Part shown: positions 25,948-39,090 of the stretch, one piece after another
How the letters are laid out: the number at the start of each line of letters is the position of its first letter
How positions within the stretch are numbered: position 1 is the stretch's first letter
NCBI RefSeq assembly: GCF_018977255.1
Contig: NW_024704743.1
Location: forward strand, 13,146,001-13,210,000
Direction of reading: 5' to 3'
Source of the DNA: Callorhinchus milii
Lineage: Eukaryota
DNA length: 64,000 nucleotides
Made by a program: the position numbers and the translations under genes
The notes under the pieces: generated by a model
Told to the model about the DNA's origin: nothing
Databases searched by the model: none
What the model saw: the letters and a program-made list of their open reading frames with translations, nothing else

Positions 25948-28900
25948 AGGTGCCATTCCTAAAATGAGATGTTACATTTTTGTGTGGGCATAGAAGGATG
26001 TCAGAATTTGGCTTGGCATTGATGCCCAAGTGGTTGCCTAACCCCTGATATAAGTTTTGTGCTCACATATGAAGAATGACAACTTGAGTGAGATACCACA
26101 GGGCAACTGGGCTAGAATTGTGGAATTGTACTCCAGCCAAACATCAGATCTTTGAGGAGGTTGGACAAGGAGAAAGAAATTAGAAAATTGTAGGGGGATT
26201 TTTAGAAAAAAAATTGGAGTTGAAGTACAGATCAGCCACGATCAACAGAATGATGGAACAGGCTCGAGGGTCTAAATGGCCTACTCCTGTTCCTATGTTC
26301 CTAAATAAATTTCCAAAATGCTACAAAACAGTAAGAAACAGATCAAACAGCTAGTGCTAAAGGAAAAAGAGAATACAAAATAACAAATGTTAATCTGAGA
26401 GCCCGGCCAAAGCCCACAGGTACTGAAAATGATTTACTTCGCTTGAGCTCATAACAGTTAAACAGTCTCTTCTACTCAAGAAAAGAGAAAGTACTTCCCC
26501 TGAGACGCGGCAGTCTCGTAAATATAAGATACAGTGCTTTTAGAGAACACTTTCTCTGTACAGCATAAATAGTTTGAAAGCACAGCTCACAATGCCTACC
26601 TTTATCGGCTTGCTAATAAGGGTTATTGATTCACATCAAGAATGTTCTTTGGCCCATTTCCTCAGATCTGCTTGAACTGGATATATTATTATTCTGTGCC
26701 TCACAGGCACTTGGAGCCATCTTTCTAATGATATAGTGCAAACAGGGTCAGTGTCAAACCACAATTAAAGGAGTGAAGAGAGCTGGAGGGGCATGTTCAG
26801 GGATCACCCATCCATAAATTGCAGATTTTGGAACATGGAGGGTTGTAGATCAAAACATAGAGGTGTGGAAGTACATACATGGGTGGAACAGCTAACGTGC
26901 AGCCTCAGAGCACTCACTCAATCCTTGGTTAGGTTGATTGCCCTCTAGGTCAGAAGGTTTAAGGCCCGTATTAGAACTTGAGATCAATCTAGACTGACAC
27001 TCCAGTGTAGTACTGGGAAGCACTGCATTGTTGAAGGTGCCATCCACGCACTTCCACATCTCTATGGTTTGATCTCCAACCCTCAATGGCCCTAAATCTG
27101 CAACTAAGGGAAGTGTGATCCAGCTCCACAGATAAGTGATCTCCATCAAACAAACTTCATTCACTTTTCATTGATATTTTCTTCTAGCTTTTGACTTGCC
27201 ATTCTCACCACAGAATGGAAATGTACATAGGATATGTCCAAGTTGCATGTGAAGATAACCTTTTCTGAGTTATTATGTGACACATCAACAGTTTTGGTAA
27301 TATTTCAACCAAAGGTTAGGACCAGTAAAAGCACAGGTGTTATTTGTCAATCCTCAGTTGGCAGCACTCTTGCTTGTGGGTCAGAAGGTTAAGGATGCTT
27401 TGAGCTCATAGTCTAAGTTAACACTCCAGTACACTACCGGGGGCGGGCTGCATTGTTGGTGACATTGTCCTTCAAATGAGACGCAAAGTGACGCTCGTGT
27501 CCGGATGTTAAGGTGAATGCAAAGGATTACATGGCTCTGTTTGAAAAGAGAAATACATTTCTCCCAATGTCTTGACAAACAATTCTCCAAATAAATTGAC
27601 AATTTGGTTGCATTGTTGAAGGTGCCATCCACGCACTTCCACATCTCTATGGTTTGACAACAAACACTAGACAGCAATGATCTATGATGTTTTTGCGGTG
27701 CCTCAACATTATTGGCGCCATATCAAATGCAAGGATTATTATCCCCTGCACTTGTCTGCCATTCACTGTCTGGACTACAAACGTGACTCCCCAGATCCCT
27801 TAGGCTTGGAGTCTTCAAACATTGCTTTGTTGATAGCACTCTTGCTTGTCTTGCTTCTTGGTTCCAGATGTCTATCTGGAATATTTTAATGCTGGTTCGC
27901 ACATGTCTTGACTTCATCCTGATAGACACTGACATCAATACATTGGTGGATCTATTCACTCCAACCCTACTGCACTTCAGTTTGGATCTAGTCTCCTATA
28001 TGCAAAGACAATGGGAGATCTGACTCAGAGTAGGGTCCTGGGAAATTTAATGCTGAGAAAAATGGTCATTTTACAATATGAAATAGCTTTTACATTAATA
28101 GTTTGTCTCCAGAGGGAAGTCTGCCTCAGAGACAACTACTATTGTTAATGGTAGATTTTCCTTCCCATCCCATGGCTCCCATCCTCAGGTCGGGTGCCCA
28201 TCCAGCAGTATCACATATTTTGAGACTTCCTTCTGATGTGAAAACTGCTACATAAGAGTAAATTGCATTTTCCTAACTCCAGATCTGAATAACTCCAGAT
28301 CTGAATCAGATCTCCAGTTGACTTTACTAACACGTCTCAATATATCCCAACCTCTGCTGCCATTATTTGGGTAGCAAAGATTCCCAAATGCACCATGGTT
28401 CATGCACGTCATAATGTTTTGGTGTTGTCATGATACTATCAGCGAAGTCGAGACATCTGCCCGTGCACAACATTGTTTGGTGTAAGCTGTCTCAGGAGGC
28501 CAGAGGCTGTGCGAAAGCACAGGGCCCACTTTCACATCCAAATGCAAATCTGAAACATAAAAGTGGGAGCAGTTATGCTGTGAGGCAGGCTTACCTCCAG
28601 AGACATAATGCATTATACAACTAAAACTTCTTTTGCACAAGAGTCAAAAGGGTCTTATCGCATTACCTTTAGCCCGAGGAAAGAATTCAACAAAGATCTC
28701 AAAAGAAGGATCTATTTAAAATAAACTATTGTGAGTCTAGACACTTACTGAAAGTTATCTTGAGCAATTTAATTGCACTTGGCAGGTCTATCTTTAGAAA
28801 TTGTTCATTTGTTATATGTATCTTTCCCCTCCCCTCTCCCCACCTCCTTCAGCTCCCACCTCCAGCTCAGTTGCCCAGCCAGCATTGTCAAGTGCTTTGA

Positions 28901-29071
28901 GACATGCTCTCAATTTGAAGCATGCTATATACATCTAAACTGTATTGTAGGTAACACATAGCAGTGAGATTTGTGGCATGAAGTGTCAATTATACAGTAG
29001 TATTATTTTAGTACATTATCTGTTGCATCGTACCATAACGCCTGCCTTATGGGCCGGGCCAATAGAAAAGC

Positions 29072-29218
29072 GTGCTAGGCCCCGCTACAAACCTGTACAT
29101 ACAATGTACTAGGCCTTCTACACACCTGTACACATAGTGTGCTAGGCCCCACTACACACCTGTACACACAGTGTGATAGGCCCCACTACACATCTGTATA
29201 CACAGAGTGCTAAGCCCC
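29072..29218. repeat. Minisatellite, ~4.3 copies of ~34 nt (GTGCTAGGCCCCACTACACACCTGTACACACAGT)
   Basis: Tandem copies directly visible. Confidence 0.9.
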
Positions 29219-31257
29219 AAGCCTCTTGCGCTGTTTGCTCGAATCTGCTACTGTGGGTGGAGCGGATCCAGTCACACGTGCGTAGCGCGGGGACTGTTGG
29301 GATTGCAAAAGTGGTGCAAACAGGAAATCGGCTTTGCCTGGTGTCCAGCCTAAACTAAGCTCCCTTAACAAATTCTTGGTAAGTGCTGTACTATTCAAAT
29401 TAATAGTTTTAGTATTTTAAACATAACTACATGTCCAGGAAATATCTATAGTTTTAATCCAGATTTTTTTTAAAAAATGCATCTCTCAATAGCACTAGTC
29501 AACCCTTTGGAATTTCCCGCAAAGTTTATCAAACTTCCCCACAAGTTCCTGCAAAAGTTGACAAATGCCTCTCAATTTTTGCCAAATATTTCCACACTTT
29601 TTATTTGCCCTGTTTATGGGACATATGATAGTGTAATGTAGAGAGAACAGACAGTCTATTAGAACGTTATTGTTCGCAATTGTTTCTGTCTGTGAAGTCA
29701 GTGAGCAGATAGATTATAGAAGATCAGAAAATCTGTCTACAGAATTATTTGAGACACTGTTGGAAGAGAAACAGTACTCTAAAATATACCCAAAATGGAA
29801 CAATCGTTTTATCAATGTAGCAGAAAAAGTTCTCCACTTTCCCTGTAAACAAACAGATTTCTCAGTCTGACCATGAAGGACTTTGCATTGACCCTAGATG
29901 ATTTGCAAGGCGGTCCACATCTATTGCCACAATGCTATATGATTACTTTAACAAATAGCAGCACCTCTGCCTTAAACAGCTCTGAGAATTATATCCAATG
30001 GAGTCCTGGTCGCCTTGTTAGTGAGAGGACTTGGATTCGATTCCCAGGCGGGGCCAAATCTTAAGCATGTTTCCTTACTCCAAACACCTCTGTTTACCTA
30101 GCAGTAAGTACCTTCATTTTTATAGTTCTTGACTTCATATCAAACATTTTGCTTCTCCGAGTAGGGGAAATAAAGCTGCAAGGCACCACTGAGGTGTGAA
30201 GGATGATAGAAAGTCTAAATATTATAAGAATTATTTAACAACTGCGAGTGTTAAATAAACAGATATTTTAATAAACATCGATAGGAATTTACAGCACTGA
30301 AAGAGGCCTCAACCTGTTGTGCCAGTGCTAGCCCTGAAAGAGATCCAGTCCCATTCTCCTGCTTTTTTTCTTAAACTCTTTTACATTTCTACTTTTCTGA
30401 TACTTGCAATATCTGCAAACCTTAAATTGTTCAGTGTCTTGGGATGTCCTCCCAAAGTGAAAGGTGCTATATAAATGTGGAGTCCTGTAGTGTACATTGT
30501 AAGCTAAAGGATCTGGGTTCAATTCCCGGGCAGGACAAACATTAGGCAAATAAGTAGTAACCTGTTTATTAGTTGATTGGCAAATTGCTTTCTGGGAGTA
30601 ATACTTGCAATATGTGGAAACTTTAGACTGTCCAGCACCTTGGGATGGCTTCACAACGGGAAAGGTGCTAAATTTGTACAAATACAAATCTAAATTTTTA
30701 TTGTATTGTAGACAGTATTTTTATTCTATGCGGATCAAAATCTCTTAAATGCTGATAGGGATTCTGTCTCTACCATGATGTCAGGTATCCACAACTTCCT
30801 GTTGTGGGGTGGTCCAAAACTGGACAATTTAAAAAAAAACAGTTTGTCAACTTTCCCCCCCCCTTTTGTGTATATTAACCTCTAGAACTCTCCATTCTTA
30901 CATTTTTTCAAACATTTTAACATTTAAGGTACTGTATAATTCCTCCCATTCTTCCTCCCAAAATGTATCAGCTCATACATTTGGGCATTAAATTTCATCT
31001 GTCTATTTTCTGTCAAATCGTTGTATCCATGCTGTTATATCGACATGGACTGGTTGATCTATTGCCTGTTTTCATGCTGAATATTATTATTAATAATAAA
31101 AAGAATCCTTGCATTTGGTATAGCGCCTTATCACAGCCGAAGGATATCTCAAAGCGCTTTACCAAATTTACTGTGAAATGACTGTGTATTTGTTCTTTGC
31201 AAATCTTCACTATAGAAGATTGTAAAATCTATTTGATTTGATATTAATAATTACTTG

Positions 31258-32139
31258 ACACAAAACTTGGAAATGTTGTAAATAGTGAGAAGGATAGTAG
31301 AAGGCTGGTGAAATGGGCCAACATGTGGCAGATGAAATTTAATGCAGAGAAGTGTGAAGTAATGCATTTTGGAAGGAGGTATATGGAGGGGCAATATAAG
31401 ATAAATGGTACAATATTAAAGGGGGTGAAGGAACAGAGAGACCTGGGGATTCACATCCACAAATCTTTGAAGGTGGGAGGACAAGTTGACAAAGCTGTTA
31501 AAAATGCATATGGGATCCTTGACTTTATAAATAGAACAAAAACATGTATGTTCTGCTAAACTTTTATAAATCATTGGTTAGGCCTCAGCTGGAGTATTGT
31601 GTCCAATTCTGGGTACTACACTTTAGGAAGGATGTTAGAGCCTTGGAGAGGGTGCAGAGGAGATTTACAAGAATTATACCAGGGATGACGGACTCCAATT
31701 ATGCAGAGAGACTGGAGAGATTGGGAATGTTCTCTTTAGAGCAGAGAAGGTTGAAGGGAGATTTAATAGAGGTGTTCAAAATCTCTATCTCTTTAATAGA
31801 GGGGTTTTGATAGAGAAGATAGGGAGAAACTGCTTCCTCTCGCGGGTGGGTTGGTGACCAGAGGATACAGATTTAAGATTATTGGCAAAAGAATCAGAGA
31901 GGAGATGAGGAGACATTTTTTACTCAGAGTTGTTATGATCTGGAATGCACTGCCTGAAAGGTTGGTGAAGCAGATTCGATAGTAGCTTTTAAAAGGGATA
32001 AGTACTTGAAAAGGAAAAATTGCAGGGCTATGGGGTAAGAATGGGGGAGTGGGACTAATTGGAAAGCTCTTTCAAAGAGCCGGCACAGGTACGATGGGCC
32101 GAATGGCGTCTTTCTGTGCTGGAAGATCCTATGATTCTA
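31258..32139 (+). mobile_element. CR1 LINE 3' end
   Basis: WQMKFNAEKCEVMHFG, LVRPQLEYCVQFW, LERVQRRFTR; tail CTATGATTCTA. Confidence 0.95.
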
Positions 32140-32544
32140 CATAAAAAGCAAATAATTGGAGTGAATTGATTAGTAAAAATTTACAAAGCTTTACAAGGAA
32201 GCTGGCTAATCTGTCCAACCAGTCAGTCCTGGTGTTTATACTTCTGCCCATTCCTTACTCTCTCCCATGCCCTTCTAAAGATTTACAAATAAATTAATTA
32301 ATTAAGAATGTGTTTGATTCCCAATCTCAAATAGACTAGCCAAGAAATTAATATTTGAATCATCAGAAACACATAATTAATGAAAGTTTCATGAACAGTA
32401 AGTGACAGAGCCATAAGATTCACTTGGTTCCTTCCTCAAATATAATTTTGTCCATTAGGTTTTAGTCCAGAATCTTAAGTAGAATATATTACAGTATTTC
32501 TTCAATGAAGAGTAATGCTGTGTAATTTGTACACACAGACAGAC

Positions 32545-33290
32545 TAGAGATAGATAGACAGACCGACCGACCGACCGACCGACCGACCGACCGACCGACC
32601 GACCGACGGACGGACGGACGGACGGACGGACGGACGGACGGACGGACGGACGGACGGACGGACGGACGGACGGACGGACGGACGGACGGACGGACGGACC
32701 GGACGGACGGACGGACGGACGGACGGACGGACGGACCGGACGGACGGACGGACGGACGGACGGACGGACGGACCGGACGGACGGACGGACGGACGGACGG
32801 ACGGACGGACGGACGGACGGACGGACGGACGGACGGACGGACGGACGGACGGACGGACGGACGGACGGACGGACGGACGGACGGACGGACGGACGGACGA
32901 CGGACGGACGGACGGACGGACGGACGGACGGACGGACGGACGGACGGACGGACGGACGGACGGACGGACGGACGGACGGACGGACGGACGGACGGACGGA
33001 CGGACGGACGGACGGACGGACGGACGGACGGACGGACGGACGGACGGACGGACGGACGGACGGACGGACCGGACGGACGGACGGACGGACGGACGGACGG
33101 ACGGACGGACGGACGGACGGACGGACGGACGGACGGACGGACGGACGGACCGGACGGACGGACGGACGGACGGGACGGACGGACGGACGGACGGACGGAC
33201 GGACGGACGGACGGACGGACGGACGGACGGACGGACGGACGGACGGACGGACGGACGGACGGACGGACGGACGGACGGACGGACGGACGG
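32545..33290. repeat. Compound microsatellite (GATA)-(GACA)-(GACC)n-(GACG)n
   Basis: GACC run from 32561; GACG run 32605-33290 (~170 units) with a few single-base indels. Confidence 0.98.
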
Positions 33291-33990
33291 TATTAAGTGT
33301 TATAGCTAGCGTTAAGTGTTATAGCTTGCTGGCAGTAGCTAGCTATAACATTTATAACATTGGTATAACTCTTAAGAGTTACCTCCAGGTAGCTAGCTAC
33401 CGGCACATAACTCTTAAGTGGTATGCCAATGTGGTCTGAGGAAATTGTTTTGCGCAATCAGGCCTTAACTAAATTAGACCTTTTATGGACTTACTAAATG
33501 GACAATATTTGTGCAATGAAAATCTTAACCAGTATGCATTTAAAAACAACTGTTATTTAACATACAGAGCAGATGTTAGGATGTCTGTAAATGGTCTGGT
33601 TTGCATTTGGAAACACTAAATAAAATGCACAAAATCATACCATCAACAACAGTATTAACACACAAGGACTTCATTGTTTCTGATTTACATAACACATCCA
33701 TGGATTATAAATGACCTTGGCTAGTCTATTTGAGATTGTGAATCAAGATTATTCTTTGAGCTCTGGCAGGCTCAAACTATTCTGTAATTATGTAACAGCT
33801 TAACTTTAGAGATGATAACGTCTTAGGACAATACCTTTAAATGGCAATTCATTTCCGAGTTAAAGCTGTCTTGTTTAAATAAATCTCAAACTCTCGCCCA
33901 CCCTGTTTCTCATGGTAAATGGTAACGGCCAGTGAGATTAGAAGATTACAGTATCACGCTCCTGCTCCTTCTCCTGCACAAGGAACAAAC

Positions 33991-34146
33991 ATGGCGTCAA
34001 TGGCAGTGACTAAAGTCTATCATATCTCTACCTTCATATGGTATTTTGCTATAGTTTACTTGCTTCTTATTATTCCAATAGAACATCCGCCCGCTGGAGT
34101 GTTTTTGTATGCTGGACAGTGGAAATACCTCACATTCCTTAATTTA
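33991..34146 (+). CDS. ADTRP: ADTRP coding exon 1 (MASMAVTKVYH...GQWKYLTFLNL)
   Basis: Kozak-like AACATGG; family motif WKYLTFLN with predicted catalytic Thr48; donor TTA|GTAAGT, phase 0. Confidence 0.92.
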
Positions 34147-34304
34147 GTAAGTAGCTTTTCTTTAGTTTTGTATGTTGTGTTAACACGTCAAACAAAAATC
34201 CAAAATAAGGCGACTTTGACAAAAGCCAAGAGCAAAGGTGGTAATCTGATATAAAGCTAGAGATTTTATTTACTTTGTACAGCGAGTTGTAAATATGCAA
34301 AATA

Positions 34305-35413
34305 CAACAACAAAATTACATTTGTAAAGGGCCTTCATGTCGGGAGGACATCCCAAGGTACTGAACAGTCAGGGATCAGGACCCAGGCGTGGGGGTGTGG
34401 GAGGGCAGGGTTGGGATGATGGAGGGCAAAGAGGTAGGAGGGTGGCTGAAGGCATGGTCGAAAAGGAGGGTCTTGAGTTGTGCGTTGAAGAGACAAGGGA
34501 CGGAGCAAGGCAAAGGGATTGTGGGATGAAGTTCCAAAGGGTGGGGTCAGAGAGGCTGAAAGCCTAGCTGCTGATGGTAGGGTGGGTCGGGCGGGAGTCA
34601 TGGAACAGGCTGGAGCCTGCTGAATGGAGGGAGCAAACAGCTTGATAGGGGCCAGCATGTCAGAGGGGTAGGAGGGGGCAAGGCCATGGAGGGCCTTGAA
34701 AGTGAAAATGAGGATTTTGAATTCTATCCTCTGAGGATGGGGAGCCAGTGGAGCCGAGAGAGGGTGGGGGTGATGGGGTCATGGAGCCTGGTGCGGGAGA
34801 GGACATGAGCTGCAGAGTTCTGGATGATCTGCAGTTTGTGGAGGGAAGAGTTGGGAGGCTGACAAGGAGCGAGTTTCTGTAGTCGAGTCTTGCAGTGACG
34901 AATGCATGTATGAGGGTATTGGCGATCTGAGCAGTGAGGCAGTGGCAGAGTCAGACAATGTTGCGGAGGTGGAGGAAGGCAGAGCGGATCACGGCACGGA
35001 TATAGGGGAGAAAGGACAGTTGAGGGTCGAACAAGATGGTCAGTTCCTGACTGGTTTGGTGAGGTGGAGTGTGCATCCATGGATGTTGATGCTGCCAGTG
35101 CCTGAGGTGCGGAGGTGCTGGCGCCAGTGAGGAGGGTCTCAGTCTTGCTGATATTCAGCTGCAGAAAGTTGGCTCTCATCCAGGACTTGATGTCTGACAG
35201 ACAGCCTGAGCTGGGTGTGCTCCACATACATGTGGAAGTTGACCCCATGTCTGCAGATGATGTCACCAAGGGGAAGCATGTAGAGGTTGAAGAGGAAGGG
35301 ACCGAGGACAGAACCCTGAGGAACACCACATGAGACTGCGCGGGGGATAGAAAAGAAACCGTTGGTGGAGACAAATTGGAGATGGTGTGAGAGATAAGAC
35401 CTGAACCATTCAT
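34305..35413 (-). mobile_element. L2 LINE 3' fragment in ADTRP intron 1
   Basis: [21 protein letters not shown] and LQIIQNSAAHVL...LHWLP; (CAA)n tail. Confidence 0.92.
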
Positions 35414-35519
35414 TGTATGAACCACCTCAATTATAACTGTGAAAAAGTCATAACTGTTATTATTAGATAGTCTGCAATATGGATTTCAAAATCATAACAT
35501 AATCAACCATATTTGTTAA

Positions 35520-36637
35520 TGCAAATCATGTCTAAGAAACCCAATAGAGTTTTTTGATGAAGTAACGGAGAGGGTGGATGAAGGTAGTTTATATGGATTT
35601 TCAAAAGATGTTTGATAAAGTGCCCATACAAGACTTGCAAGCAAAATAGAAGACCACAGTATTAAAGGGATAGTTGCAGCATGGATACAGAATTGGCTGG
35701 GAGATAGAAAACAGAGAGTGGTGGTGAATGGTTGTTTTTCTGACTGGAGGGAAGTGTGCCGTGGTGCCCTGCCAAGGGTCAGTATTGCGACCACTGCTGT
35801 TTTTGATCTATATAAATGACCTGGACTTGGGTAGAGGGAGTACAATTTCCAGGTTTGCAGATGATACTAAGCTAGGAAAAGTAGTAAACAGTGAGGAGGA
35901 TAGTATCAGACTGCAAATGGACATAGACAGACTGGTAAAATGGGCAGACACGTGGCAGATGAAGTTTAAAGTGGAGAAAATGCAAATTGATGCATTTTGG
36001 AGGAAGAATGAGGAGAGGCAATATAAGCTGATGGTACAATCTTAAAGGGGATGAAGGAACAGAGAGACCTGGGGGTTCATATAAGTAAATCTTTGAAGGT
36101 GGCTGGACAGGTAGATAAAGCTGCTAAAAAAACATATAGGATACGAGGCTTTATAAATAGGGGCATAGAATATAAAAGTCAGGAAGTTATGATGAACCTT
36201 TATAAAACACTGGTTAGGCCTCAGCTAGAGACTGTGTTCAGTTCTGGGCACCACACTTTAGGAAGGATGTCAAGGCATTGCAGAGGGTGCAAAAGAGATT
36301 TACCAGGATGGTACCAGGAATGAGGGACTTCAGTTATCAGAAGAGGCTAGAGAATTATGAGGGAATTTGATAGGGTGAACAAGGAGCAACTATTTCCACT
36401 GGCGGGTGCTCGGAAACCAGAGAACATGGATTTAAAATAGTTGTTAAAAGAAACAGAGGGGAGGTGAGGAGAACTTTTTTCACACAATGTGTTGTTGGGA
36501 TCTGGAATGCATTGCCTTGAAAGGGTGGTGGGAGCCAATTTGATAACAACTTTTAAGAGAAAAGTAGATAATTATTTGGGGAGGACAAGTTTGCAAATGG
36601 CCTCCTTCTATGCTGTATAATTCTATGATTCTATGAT
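35520..36637 (+). mobile_element. CR1 LINE RT/3' fragment
   Basis: LFLIYINDLD, FADDTKLG, WQMKF; tail TTCTATGATTCTATGATT. Very similar to the copy at 24452-25947. Confidence 0.95.
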
Positions 36638-38919
36638 TTGCAGTTCATGCTTCATTAATGCAAATTGAAGAGGTCAGTGCCTTTGTGATCAATTGCTTTG
36701 AAGCTTTATTACAATGTTCATCTTCAGTTTCCAAATAGTTCCATCTGAATTAAGCAAAATCATATTGTATCTTCACAGGTAGTTTGGCCATATCTTTGAC
36801 TTCATATTCATAACAATAAGTCACCGTAATCTTAAAAGAAGAGATTTCTTCTCAGCAGGAGAAATTTGATGTATCTGAGGAAAAGGTATAGAAAATAGAA
36901 GATGTTCAGTGAAGTCCACAGGGGAGATCAAATCCTCAGTTACAGGCAATGAGGTGGGAGATAAATATCTATTATAAAGCCAACAGGTAAAAGACAGATT
37001 GGCCAAATGATGCCCTTCATCTCTCAACAACAATGCCACCGTGCATTTATATCATGGCCTTCACACAGGGTAGGATCTTGGAGTGCTTAACAGTGGCAGA
37101 GCTTGATGCTAAACCAGAGGGAGAGAGGAGAAGAAGGTCTTCAGGTGCGATCTGAAAATGGGCAAGGAGGGGGCAAGGTGAAGGGATTGAGGCAGAGTTT
37201 CAGGGCATAGTAGCTGAAAGCAATGTCGCCAATGGGAGCAGAAGAGATCAGGGACATGCAGTATGTTTTATGCCATTTCCCTAGCTGATGTAATTTAAAT
37301 CATCATGCAGTGACAGTCCTGCAGTGCTCCTTCGTGTAGCATAATGATGCTTTACTAGACTTCATAGAGTGAGTTGAAGGTAAGCCTTGAAGGAAGTGTT
37401 GGGGCAGCATTCAATGCTCCCTTTCATACTCAGTGTGACCCCAAACAAGGTATCTCCACTGAGGATTCTTCCCAAAACATCTCATGTAGTGAACAGTGAA
37501 ATAATGCAAACAGACAACAAATAATGGATTTCATTTTCATAATGCTGTTTATGTGTCTCAGGCCATGATAATTATTTACTTGGAATAAAAGCTGATGCAC
37601 TAATCATTGCCTTGTTCTTTTCCTCAACTTTACAATGAATTTCTTCGTAATTCGTTTGAATGTTACACATAGGCTCCAGTCTGGAACTAACCTGTGTAAT
37701 AAAAGGGATGATTGTCTAAGAACTTCTGCAATCAATCAACAGTGACACAATGTTCTCTTATTGGCTGTGGGTTCTGCCTCCCTTTAATAATTAGTGCAAC
37801 ATGTTTTGCGATGTTGTGGCATTGATATGAACATTGAGGTGAAATCTTAAACCAGAAGTTATCACACTATTTGTGACTTCTGTTCTGCCCTGAAGTGGTG
37901 TGATTCTTAACCAAATTCATTCCATAAATATCACAATTCTCCAGGGGTTTCAAAGGCCTTCCTGACCATGCTTTATTTGAGATTTCTTTCAGAGAAAAGT
38001 CTCGAGATTTTGTTTGAAATTTTTGTGGCAAATCCTGCAATTTCGGTCACAAAATGGAATTCACAGTGAGGGGAGTGATTTCCAGTCTGTGAACACTGCA
38101 CTTTCAATCCCATCATTTTCTATAGCCATACTGCACAATACATAGTGCAAAGAAGATTCCTCTGTACAATCAGGTAACACAAGAAAACTGACATGGTTCA
38201 AGCTATAAAACTGAAGTGTTGATAGATTCACTGATGTACAGTGATTATCTATAATGGGAATAACAGCTTACATCTATACAGCATTTTTAACTCAAAGGAT
38301 GTGCCAAAGCACTTTACCAATGTAATAAAACAATAACAATCTTTTCATTTCATATGTGTCTAATCATGTCGAAACATGTCAAAGCATTTCACACAATTTA
38401 CTTTAAGGTTTACTGACTGTATATTTTGTAGACAAATGCTGGAGACAATTTAAGCATATCAATGTCCCAGAAATAGCCATGAAGTGAGTGATCAATTTTC
38501 TCTGGGGAATTGTCAGACAGTATATGAGGAGACATGCCCTTTTCTTTTCAAGTACTGCCATGGAATCTTTAACATGCACCTGAACAGGTAGACCTCCCAC
38601 TCCCCCTACCCCTGCCTTTAAAGTCCCTCCTTAAACCCTACCTCTGTGATCATGTCTTTGTTCCCGTCTCTCTCTTCCCCTCCTCCCTCCTAGGCATCCG
38701 TCTCTGTCTTTGCAAATGCTTCAAGACATTATTCTACGTGAAAGTCATTACATAAATGCAGATTGTTGGTGTTATTTGTTGATCTGATTTTTTTCTCATT
38801 TCTAAATGAATGTATTGTTGTAGGTCAGTACTCAGTAGGTTTGAGGTCAATGTGCAGTAAATCCCAGGCTAACAGCACAACAATTATCAGGGGTAATATT
38901 ACACTTTTTTAATGTAAAC

Positions 38920-39090
38920 CAGTGGTGGCCAAACTGTGCCTGTGGGGTGCTCAAGAAGCTCTCTCCCACATCCCACACCCTTCCAAACATTTGCACAAGT
39001 TTGTGTTCGATTGGTAGTGTGTATGGCATAAATCATGAAATATTTAACCAAGAAAATGTATTTTGTTGGCGTTAAGGTTGGCCACCACTG
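38920..39090. mobile_element. hAT (Charlie-type) MITE
   Basis: TIRs CAGTGGTGGCCAA / TTGGCCACCACTG. Flanks ATGTAAAC and CTTTAAAG match 5/8 with central TA, read as a degraded TSD. Confidence 0.75.

Noticed and set aside
29072..29218. CRISPR-like periodicity of ~34 nt
   Set aside because: Units are contiguous with no unique spacers, the context is eukaryotic, and there are no cas genes.
33919..33990. Upstream in-frame ATG extending ADTRP by 24 aa
   Set aside because: The ATG at 33991 has a good Kozak context and matches the family N-terminus length; the extension shows no similarity to anything I recognise.
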